Under the pieces are notes generated by a model that ran no database searches, was not told the origin of the DNA, and saw only the letters and a list, made by a program, of their open reading frames with translations. The translations under genes and the position numbers were made by a program. Shown piece after piece: positions 21,804-29,870 of a DNA stretch of 29,870 nucleotides (positions within the stretch are counted from its first letter, which is position 1; each line of letters opens with the position of its first letter). Origin of the DNA: a virus (Duplodnaviria > Caudoviricetes); IMG/VR virus record IMGVR_UViG_3300027772_000121, positions 1 through 29,870 of that record. The stretch is one strand, 5' to 3'.

Positions 21804-23359
21804 GCCAACAAATCCAGACCTTTTCTGTATCGGCTCCAGGCTTCTTTGGACTCAATACACAAGACTCTCCGCTTGATTTAGCGGCTGGATACGCTGCGAT
21901 TGCAACAAACTGCGTGATTGACCAATACGGGCGCATTGGCTCTCGCAAAGGCTTTTCAAGGGTTAACGCAGCTTCTGGCAACCTTGGCGCAAACAACATC
22001 AATGTTTTGCATGAGTTGGTGCAGACTGATGGCAGTTTAACTGTACTGTTTTCGGGCAACAACAAGCTGTTTAAACTGAGTACAACAAACACAGTAACAG
22101 AGTTGACCTATGGTGGCGGTGGGACTGCCCCAGTGATTACGGCAACCAATTGGCACTGTGCATCTTTGAATGGCATCACATATTTCTTTCAGACGGGTTT
22201 TGACCCACTAATCTATGACCCTGCTGTAAGTCTCACCACATTTAGGCGAGTGAGCGAGAAAACTGGTTATGTTGCGACTGCTCCCCAGACCAATATTGTT
22301 ATCTCTGCCTATGGTCGCTTGTGGACTGCTAGTAGCACTTCTGACAATGTAACTGTCTTTTTCTCTGACTTGCTGGCAGGGCACATCTGGTCAACAGGAA
22401 CTGCTGGTTCTTTGGACATCTCACGGGTATGGCCTAATGGGTCTGATGAGATCACAGGGTTGGCAGCTCACAATGGATTCTTGTTTATCTTTGGCAAGCG
22501 TCAAGTCTTGATTTATGCAAATGCAACTACTCCATCAAGCCTGTCTCTGAGTGACACCATAAGCAACATTGGTTGCATTGCAAGGGACTCTATTGCCAAC
22601 ACAGGCAGTGATGTTGTTTTCTTGTCAAACAGTGGTGTGCGTTCATTGCTCAGAACCATTCAGGAGAAGTCTGCGCCTTTGCGGGACTTGTCTAAGAATG
22701 TGCGCGATGACTTGATGACGATTGTGAATGCTGAGACATTGGCAAACATCAAGGCAGTCTATTCAGAGTCAAATGCCTTTTACCTGATTAACTTCCCGAT
22801 TGCCACCCAGACCTACTGCTTTGACACCAAGGCGGCTTTGCAAGATGGTTCTTCACGGGTAACTGTGTGGGATTCCATCACTCCAACTGCTTTCGTTGCT
22901 AAACGCAATGGAGACTTGTTGATTGGCAAGAATGGTTATGTGGGCAAGTATGGGACTTACCTTGACCATGCAACTACCTACCGATTTCAGTATTTCACCA
23001 CCTATGCTGACCTGGGTGCAACCAATGTCACATCCATCCTGAAGCGCATTGCTGTGGTGGTGATTGGTGGCTCAAACCAAGGCTTTATTCTCAAGTGGGG
23101 ATATGACTTCACTGGTCAGTATTACGCAACCACATTGCAAATTCCTCAGTCTACTGTTGCTGAATATGGTACTGCTGAGTATGGGGCAAATGGTGTTCCT
23201 GTTGCCTACTACTCAGATGGCATTTCTTTGCAGACTTTGGTTGGTCAAACATCAGGTTCTGGCAAGACTGTGCAGACGGGTTATGAAGTGCAGATCAATG
23301 GGTATCCTGTGAGCATTCAAAAGATTGAAATTCAAGCCAAGAATGGCAAACTGGTTTAA
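21800..23359 (+). CDS. tail nozzle/hub (tail tubular B or P22 gp10-like beta-propeller)
   Basis: GLNTQDSP...NCVIDQYGRIGSRKG, IGCIARDSI, FLSNSGVRSL. Confidence 0.8.
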   Translation: MSQQIQTFSVSAPGFFGLNTQDSPLDLAAGYAAIATNCVIDQYGRIGSRKGFSRVNAASGNLGANNINVLHELVQTDGSLTVLFSGNNKLFKLSTTNTVTELTYGGGGTAPVITATNWHCASLNGITYFFQTGFDPLIYDPAVSLTTFRRVSEKTGYVATAPQTNIVISAYGRLWTASSTSDNVTVFFSDLLAGHIWSTGTAGSLDISRVWPNGSDEITGLAAHNGFLFIFGKRQVLIYANATTPSSLSLSDTISNIGCIARDSIANTGSDVVFLSNSGVRSLLRTIQEKSAPLRDLSKNVRDDLMTIVNAETLANIKAVYSESNAFYLINFPIATQTYCFDTKAALQDGSSRVTVWDSITPTAFVAKRNGDLLIGKNGYVGKYGTYLDHATTYRFQYFTTYADLGATNVTSILKRIAVVVIGGSNQGFILKWGYDFTGQYYATTLQIPQSTVAEYGTAEYGANGVPVAYYSDGISLQTLVGQTSGSGKTVQTGYEVQINGYPVSIQKIEIQAKNGKLV

Positions 23360-23368
23360 GGAAGAAAC

Positions 23369-23644
23369 ATGGCAAATTACACCAAAACCACCAACTTTGC
23401 GGCTAAAGATGCTTTGTCGCCAGGGAATGCAAGCAAGGTTGTCAAGGGAACTGAGATTGATACTGAGTTCACCAACATTCAGACTGCTATTGCAACCAAG
23501 GCAGATGGAACCTTCACCAACTTCAGCTTTGTTGAGAGTGGTGGAACTTTGTTTATTCGGCACTCAGGCACTGATGTTTTCAAAGTTGACAGTTCTGGCA
23601 ACCTGACTGTGTTGGGCAACATTGTGGCTAACGGCACTGTGTAA
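23369..23644 (+). CDS. short tail needle/fibre-adaptor-like protein
   Basis: N-terminal EIDTEFTNIQTAI trimerisation-like helix; C-terminus shared with the 13121-14494 fibre; SD TAAGGA. Confidence 0.65.
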   Translation: MANYTKTTNFAAKDALSPGNASKVVKGTEIDTEFTNIQTAIATKADGTFTNFSFVESGGTLFIRHSGTDVFKVDSSGNLTVLGNIVANGTV

Positions 23645-23716
23645 TGAACGCAGTACAAAACAATCTCAATGTAACTTGCAAGTGCTTGCAGGTTCTTTTG
23701 GCATTGGGGGTGTGAC

Positions 23717-26503
23717 ATGGCATTATCTGAAGACACACTAGATATCATACAAACATACTTTCCAGATGATATTGGAACGGTAAAAAAATTATCTTCAATA
23801 CCTGGGTTTGACGATGAACTTAATGCTGGATTTCAAAATGCCATTAACGAGACACGCTGGCTTGAAGGTTATGACCCTTCGGGGGGTAATTTTCTTAAAC
23901 AAAATATAGAAGCAGCATCAACCAATCCAACAGAGTATGTTTTAAAGGCTATGCGTAATGGTGTGCGTAGCGCAGTTAATCAAGCTGACCCTGTTTTATT
24001 GACCAAACAAATTGACTACCTAAAGCAAAACAATGTTCCTTTAGACACAATTCGCACTAGATATACAGAACACGCAACCAAACAAGCGGAATCTGACGCA
24101 ACAACTCAAAGAATAAGAGCGCAACAAGGTGGTGGCTTTTTTGGTGGACTTAGTAGTTTTTTGTCTAGTAATGACCCTTTTACAGCGATTAGCAAAGGTC
24201 TTGCTCAAGTAGACAAAGATTTAAGCCTGTCTCAAAACGCACCAGTAATTGCTGCAATTGCATTGAGTGTTGCGGCTCCAGGCGTTGGTTCGGCTATTGG
24301 TCAACAGATGATAACTGCTGGACTGCTTCCAGCGGCAACATCTGCGGCTGTAGCTACAGCAGTTGGAACTGGTGTGGCAAATGCCGCCTTACAAGTTGCA
24401 CAGGGTAAGTCTCCAGAAGAAGCACTTAAGGCTGGAATTGTTGGCGCTGCTGGTGGCGCTGTAGGGAATTATCTTGGTGGTGATCCTGGCGCAGTAAAAA
24501 ACTTTATTACCAGTACATCAACTAATCTTTTGGCTGGCAAAAATCCAGAAGATGCCGTTAAAGCTGCAATTATTAATGCTGGTGCTGGTCTTGCTGGTAG
24601 CACCGCCACCCAAGAAACTGGCTCTGCTGTTGCTGGACAAGTAGCTGCTGGAACAACTGCTGGATTACTTTCTGGTAAAACTGGTGAACAAGCATTGATT
24701 CAAGGTGTTGGCAACATAAACGCTGCTTCACTTTTTCCAGGTTCTGCTACAACTGTTCCTACTGAACAACAGGCTCTTGCTGGACAACAAGATTTGCAGA
24801 ATCAGTTGGCTCCTTTTGAGGTAGACACAACTGCATCATCATTTGATACAAAAGACATTATTAATGATGGTTCTGGGTTTTCACCACCCTCACCAACACC
24901 ACAAACACCGATTACTGAAAGTACTGGAGGAAATATGGAAACAGATTACACAGAAGACCCGTATGCTGACTACATAAGTGAGCCAAGGTATAACTATTCG
25001 AATTATGACGAGATGAATGATCCTGCGACTATGTTGCAGGACACCACTCCATACAATTTCACGCCTGAAGAGCAACAATTGATTTATCAGTTGGCTCAAG
25101 AGCAAGGTTACGATGATCCAACAGGTGGTGCTGGTGGCCTTGGGACAAGTCAAAACCCATCCATGTATGGAAACCTAACTGTTGAGCAACTGCGAAGATT
25201 GCTTGGTGGAGGCGGTGGTGGTGCAGCGCCTAGAACTCCAGCGCCTAGAACTCAACAACCTGCAACTCAAAGCCTTTTGCAAAGACTATTAGGCGGTGCT
25301 ACTGGTCGGCAACCATCATTGCAACTTGGTGGCGCAGCAGGTCAATTAGGAAACTTACTTGGCGGTGCTGTAAGTGGCGCTGGTGGCATTTTGGCTGGAC
25401 AAACTGCGGCTAAAGCTGCTGAAGAACAAGCCAGGATGATTTCTGGGGCAACTGGTCAAGCTGTTGGTGGCTCTCAGTTCAGACCCATTGGAACAACCAC
25501 TCGCTGGGGCACATCACAGTTTGGGTTTGATCCTACAACTGGTCAATTGACAAGTGCTGGTTATCAGTTAACTCCAGAACTCAAGGCAATGCAAGATCGA
25601 GTCATTGCCTTAACTGGTCAAGGCTTGACTGAGGCAGAGCAAGCGGCAGGTCGTTATGCTCCTTTGACTGCTGGCGCACAAGGCTTGTTTGGCTTGGGTC
25701 AACAGTATTTGGCTCAGTCTCCAGAGCAAGTTGCCGCTGATTACATTGCAAAACAACAAAACTTGTTGGCCCCTAGCCGTGAGCGTGAATTTGCTCAACT
25801 GCAAAACAGATTATTTCAAACGGGTCGTGGTGGCTTGTCTGTTGGTGGCACTGGTATGCGCCCAGGTGGTGGTGAAGGTCTACGGGCATCATCTCCTGAG
25901 ATGGAAGCGTACTACAACGCTTTGGCTCAACAGGATGCTCAATTGGCTGCTGGCGCACAGCAAGCTGGTCAACAACAAGTTCAGTTTGGTGCTGGCTTGA
26001 TGGGTACGGGTGCTAACTTGCTTGGTGCTTATGGTCAGGGCTTGACAGGTGCTTATGCACCATTCAGCACTGGTATTGGTGTTGGTTCATCACTTGAGCA
26101 ACTTGGACAACAACCTTTGTCATTGAGTCAACAGTTGGCTCAATTGAGTTCTGCATCTGGTGCAAGGGCTGGTGAACTTGGAATCAGAGGAACCACTGCG
26201 GCTGCTGCTGCTAGACTGCCTTCTATGCAGTTCAACCCATTGGCAAGAGCATTGGTTGGTGCTGGTGGAAACACTCAGTTTGGTGGCGCATTGGGTGAAT
26301 TTGTTGGCGGTGCGTTGCCAGGACTGTTTGGCGCAGGAACCACAATAAATCCTTTGCGTACTGATGAATTTGGGAGGGTAGAACCACTAACACCTGAAGA
26401 ACAACAAGCGCAAGATGAAATGATGCAAAACTATAACAACCAACTAGCTGCATATCGTGCCAAAGGTGGTCAAGGACTGTATATCCCTGGCGTTACAGGT
26501 TAA
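23717..26503 (+). CDS. internal virion / DNA ejection protein (Gly/Ala/Gln-rich)
   Basis: 928 aa of low complexity with hydrophobic Gly-zipper segments; position after the tail genes. Confidence 0.7.
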   Translation: MALSEDTLDIIQTYFPDDIGTVKKLSSIPGFDDELNAGFQNAINETRWLEGYDPSGGNFLKQNIEAASTNPTEYVLKAMRNGVRSAVNQADPVLLTKQIDYLKQNNVPLDTIRTRYTEHATKQAESDATTQRIRAQQGGGFFGGLSSFLSSNDPFTAISKGLAQVDKDLSLSQNAPVIAAIALSVAAPGVGSAIGQQMITAGLLPAATSAAVATAVGTGVANAALQVAQGKSPEEALKAGIVGAAGGAVGNYLGGDPGAVKNFITSTSTNLLAGKNPEDAVKAAIINAGAGLAGSTATQETGSAVAGQVAAGTTAGLLSGKTGEQALIQGVGNINAASLFPGSATTVPTEQQALAGQQDLQNQLAPFEVDTTASSFDTKDIINDGSGFSPPSPTPQTPITESTGGNMETDYTEDPYADYISEPRYNYSNYDEMNDPATMLQDTTPYNFTPEEQQLIYQLAQEQGYDDPTGGAGGLGTSQNPSMYGNLTVEQLRRLLGGGGGGAAPRTPAPRTQQPATQSLLQRLLGGATGRQPSLQLGGAAGQLGNLLGGAVSGAGGILAGQTAAKAAEEQARMISGATGQAVGGSQFRPIGTTTRWGTSQFGFDPTTGQLTSAGYQLTPELKAMQDRVIALTGQGLTEAEQAAGRYAPLTAGAQGLFGLGQQYLAQSPEQVAADYIAKQQNLLAPSREREFAQLQNRLFQTGRGGLSVGGTGMRPGGGEGLRASSPEMEAYYNALAQQDAQLAAGAQQAGQQQVQFGAGLMGTGANLLGAYGQGLTGAYAPFSTGIGVGSSLEQLGQQPLSLSQQLAQLSSASGARAGELGIRGTTAAAAARLPSMQFNPLARALVGAGGNTQFGGALGEFVGGALPGLFGAGTTINPLRTDEFGRVEPLTPEEQQAQDEMMQNYNNQLAAYRAKGGQGLYIPGVTG

Positions 26504-26517
26504 TTTAAGGAGTAATC

Positions 26518-27774
26518 ATGGCAACAGATATTGTTGGAAGTTTGTTTGGTGTTAGTCCTGAGATGTATCAGGAAGAGCGCAATCGTCAGGGGTTGAAAGA
26601 TGCTATTACTATGGCGCGACTTGACCCTATGCAGTATGCAAATGCCGCTATCCAAGCTGGTGCTGGTCGTGCCGCTGGTGGGTTTGCTGGTTTGATGGGT
26701 GCAGAAGACCCTCAGATGCGCTTGTATAGCATACGCAATGCCTTGGCACAACAGTTTGATGTAAGCACTCCAGAGGGGTTGGGTCAATATGCAAGTGCTT
26801 TGCAACAAGTTGGAGATACTCAAGGTGCATTAGAAGCTGCAAATATCTCTCGTAAGGCCGCTAGTGAAGTTGCATTGGCACAACAAAGGTTGCGTGAGAA
26901 ACAAGGTGTTGATCCACTACAACAATTAATACGGGCTGGTAAACATACTCCGCAGAGCATTGATTTGTATGCAAAAAGTGGAAATATTAAAGACCTAGAA
27001 CTTATTGAAAAACCAAATAAAGCAGTTGTTGTTGGAAATTCTTTAGTTGATTCTGTTACTGGTTTTGTGTTATATGAAGGCCCTGATGTTCAGAAATACT
27101 CTGAGTTTGCCAAAACATTAATTGATGCAGGACTCAAACCAGGCACTGAACCTTTCCAAAAACGTATGCTTGAATACGCAACTAAAAAGGTTGAAGGCGC
27201 AGGTAAAGGCACCGGCAATGTCACTATTGGTGGAATCAATGTTGATACTGGTGCGGCTAGTAAAGCGGCTGGTAAAATTGTTGGTGAAAATGTAGCCAAT
27301 GTTGAAAATCAATTCTCATTGGAAACCGCCTATAAAGATGCACTTTCTCTGTTAAACAAAGGGATTTATGGCGGTGCGTTTGGCCCTGAACAAGCAGCAG
27401 CAACTAAATATTCGCTTGGTTTGATTGGCAACCAAAAAAAGCTCGAAAACACAGAAGTGTTCATGGCAAACATTGGAGAGATTGTAATTCCTCGTTTGGT
27501 GCAATTTGGCGGCAATGACTCTAACGAAGAACTTAAATATTTGCAGAATGTTGTGGCTGGAAATCAAAGACTTGAGCCAGAATCTATGAAACGTATTTTA
27601 ACTAGCGCAGAAAAGAAAGTTCAAAATAACATCAAACGTTTGAATCTACAAGCACAAGCAGCTAAAGGTGGTACTGAACTACCTATTACGCCTGTTACAA
27701 ATGCACCAGCAATAACGCCAACTAAACGTTATAACTTGCAAACTCGCCAACTTGAAGTAATAAAAGGGGATTGA
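26518..27774 (+). CDS. internal virion / DNA ejection protein
   Basis: SD TAAGGAG; helical; second of three large post-tail genes. Confidence 0.7.
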   Translation: MATDIVGSLFGVSPEMYQEERNRQGLKDAITMARLDPMQYANAAIQAGAGRAAGGFAGLMGAEDPQMRLYSIRNALAQQFDVSTPEGLGQYASALQQVGDTQGALEAANISRKAASEVALAQQRLREKQGVDPLQQLIRAGKHTPQSIDLYAKSGNIKDLELIEKPNKAVVVGNSLVDSVTGFVLYEGPDVQKYSEFAKTLIDAGLKPGTEPFQKRMLEYATKKVEGAGKGTGNVTIGGINVDTGAASKAAGKIVGENVANVENQFSLETAYKDALSLLNKGIYGGAFGPEQAAATKYSLGLIGNQKKLENTEVFMANIGEIVIPRLVQFGGNDSNEELKYLQNVVAGNQRLEPESMKRILTSAEKKVQNNIKRLNLQAQAAKGGTELPITPVTNAPAITPTKRYNLQTRQLEVIKGD

Positions 27775-27775
27775 G

Positions 27776-29494
27776 ATGGCTATCTATGTTCAAGTAGGAA
27801 ATGATGTAGTTGAGTTCCCTGATGGAATGTCTGATGAGCAAATAGCACAAGCTATTTCTGGGAGTATGCCACAAGCAAAAGCACCTTCATCTGGTTTCTT
27901 AATGGGTTTAAAAGACCCTATTACTGCTGGCGCACAGATGCTTCCTCGTGCTTTAGGCGCAGTAGCCAGTTTAGGTGGCACTAAGCCTAATGTTTTGAGT
28001 GATTTGCTTTACAGAGAAGCAAAACGTGTAGATGAGATGGCTAAGGCTGAAGAGCAATCCTATCAAGCCCAACGTGAACAGGCAGGGGAATCTGGTTTTG
28101 ATATGGCTCGTTTGGGTGGCAATATTCTTAACCCTGCTAGTCTTGTTCCTGCGGCTCGTGTTGCTCAATTGGCAAAGGCTAAAGGCTTGTCTACTGTTGG
28201 TCAAGCGGCAACTGCTGGCGCTGTTGGCGGTGCTATGCAACCAGTAGTTGGAGAAGGTGAGTTTGGTGAGCAAAAGGCAGAACAAGTTGTTTTAGGTGGA
28301 GTTACTGGCCCTATTGGTGAAAAGGTGGTTGCTGGTGCGGGACGAGTTCTCAATCCATTGGTCTCCAAAGCAGAGAAAACCATGCGTGACCTTGGCATTA
28401 CACCTACTACTGGTCAAACCCTTGGTGGACAATTTAAGACATTTGAGGAATTTGCACAAAATATGCCCTTGATTGGTCAAAGCATTCAAAATGCAAAACA
28501 ACGTGTATTGTTTGATTTCAACAAGAGTGTAATTAACAAGGCATTGGCTAAAGCAAGTGACCCAACAAAACAAGATAAATTAAGTCTTCCTGCCGATGTA
28601 ATTGGTAGAGATGCAATCGAATATGCTTCAAAAACAGTATCTGATAAATATGATGATGTTTTGTCAAAAATATCGTTTGATCTAGATTTTGCAACAACAA
28701 GCGATATTCTTAGTTCTTTAAGTAAAGCCAAGGGATTAGATGCCAATCAACGACAAAAAGTTAGTGAAACTTTAAACAATATCGTGTTTGGCAAGTTTTC
28801 TGGTCAAAAACTTGATGGCAAAACATACAAAGGTATTGAGAGTGATTTACGACAGAAAGCAAGCGATTATATTAACAGTCAAAGTGCTTCTGAAAAAGAA
28901 GTTGGATATGCATTAAGCGATGTTCTTGGCGTTCTTAAAAAAGAATTGTATTTCCAAAATCCCAAGCAAACACCTACATTGCGCAGAGTTGATGCGGCTT
29001 ATAGTGATTTGTCTGTAATCAATGTTGCTGCGGCTAATTCTGGCGCAAAAAGTGGTGTTTTTACTCCTCAACAGTTTTCTACTGCTGTTCGACAACAAGA
29101 CCCAACAAGGCGCAAATCATCATTTGCTAAAGGTAAAGCTAAAGGCCAAGACATTTCGGATGCCGCACTTGAAGTCATTGGAGACACAACAGCAGCATCT
29201 CAAACAGGTCGGCTTGCGCTAGGAATAGGTGGCGGCTATGGATTGTTATCACAACCGCAAATTGCCATACCAGCGGCATTTGGAGTTCCTGCTGCTTATA
29301 GCCAAGGTGGACAGGCGGCAATTGATATGTTGTTGCGCCAGCGTCCAGAGTTATTGCAACGTGTAGGCGGTATGCTTTCTCAACAATCAGCGCCTCTTGG
29401 TAGTGTTGTTGCACCAAGTGCTGTTGGACAGTACAACCTTTCTGAGAGAAGGCAACCTCCATACATTGAGTTGCGTGGAATGGCTGAAAGATAA
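27776..29494 (+). CDS. internal virion / DNA ejection protein
   Basis: N-terminal VEFPDGMSDEQI motif and GITPTTGQTLG; third large post-tail gene. Confidence 0.7.
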   Translation: MAIYVQVGNDVVEFPDGMSDEQIAQAISGSMPQAKAPSSGFLMGLKDPITAGAQMLPRALGAVASLGGTKPNVLSDLLYREAKRVDEMAKAEEQSYQAQREQAGESGFDMARLGGNILNPASLVPAARVAQLAKAKGLSTVGQAATAGAVGGAMQPVVGEGEFGEQKAEQVVLGGVTGPIGEKVVAGAGRVLNPLVSKAEKTMRDLGITPTTGQTLGGQFKTFEEFAQNMPLIGQSIQNAKQRVLFDFNKSVINKALAKASDPTKQDKLSLPADVIGRDAIEYASKTVSDKYDDVLSKISFDLDFATTSDILSSLSKAKGLDANQRQKVSETLNNIVFGKFSGQKLDGKTYKGIESDLRQKASDYINSQSASEKEVGYALSDVLGVLKKELYFQNPKQTPTLRRVDAAYSDLSVINVAAANSGAKSGVFTPQQFSTAVRQQDPTRRKSSFAKGKAKGQDISDAALEVIGDTTAASQTGRLALGIGGGYGLLSQPQIAIPAAFGVPAAYSQGGQAAIDMLLRQRPELLQRVGGMLSQQSAPLGSVVAPSAVGQYNLSERRQPPYIELRGMAER

Positions 29495-29508
29495 AGTAGG
29501 GGCGCAAG

Positions 29509-29870
29509 ATTGATCCTCTCACCCTTCTGGCAATGGCAAATGGCTGTGTTGCAGCTATTCGCAAAGGCTGTGAACTCTATAAAGAGGTCAAGGGAACTGT
29601 TGCCGCAGCCCAAAAGACTGTTAAAGAGGTCACGGCTATTGCTGAAGAAGTGGGTGGCTTCTTTGGGTTCTTCAAGAAGAAAAAGCCCAAGCCCACAGCA
29701 ACTCCAGTTGCAGCCAAAGCAAAAAAGGCAGAGGCCGAAATTTGGGATGAAGGTAGAGTTGTGGCTGATCTGGCGGCGAATCTCTCGCAGTTCTTCAGGG
29801 TTCAGCAACAGCTTGCAGACCACATTAGAGAAGAAGAAGAAAAGTCTAAAACTGTTTATGACCCAAGCCA
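29509..29870 (+). CDS. hypothetical protein, runs off the window edge; probable ATT start
   Basis: IDPLTLLAMANGCVAAIRKGCELYKEVKG... is open to the window end; AGGGG lies 6 nt upstream and there is an in-frame TAG at 29497. Confidence 0.65.
   Translation, partial: MDPLTLLAMANGCVAAIRKGCELYKEVKGTVAAAQKTVKEVTAIAEEVGGFFGFFKKKKPKPTATPVAAKAKKAEAEIWDEGRVVADLAANLSQFFRVQQQLADHIREEEEKSKTVYDPS

Noticed and set aside
9446-29823. Numerous antisense and alternate-frame ORFs over the structural genes
   Set aside because: Shadow ORFs of codon-biased genes, with no RBS or recognisable motifs

Overview
This window is about 30 kb of a tailed dsDNA phage genome with a podovirus-like virion: TerL, portal, scaffold, major capsid, adaptor/nozzle and three ejection-type proteins. 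No integrase, CI repressor, DNA polymerase or lysis cassette is visible in the window. Layout: (i) 1-2592 (-) recombination and accessory genes, including a Sak/DUF1071 annealase and an SSB-like protein; (ii) 2727-5495 (+) replication initiator with an internal iteron origin, plus a RuvC-like resolvase; (iii) 5666-8407 (-) a chain of tiny early-type genes, including an ArdC-like domain and micropeptides; (iv) 8408-9415 a 1-kb non-coding hub; (v) 9416-end (+) packaging and virion genes. The most notable signals are non-coding. A TAGGG-N4/5-CCCTA palindrome sits 22-24 nt upstream of a -10-like hexamer at eight candidate promoters. About 220 bp are packed with different operator-like palindromes next to a G8AG5 run. 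Back-to-back sigma70 promoters point into two large structured RNA candidates. A pseudoknotted leader precedes the replication initiator. All protein family calls come from motif recognition by eye, with no database search.
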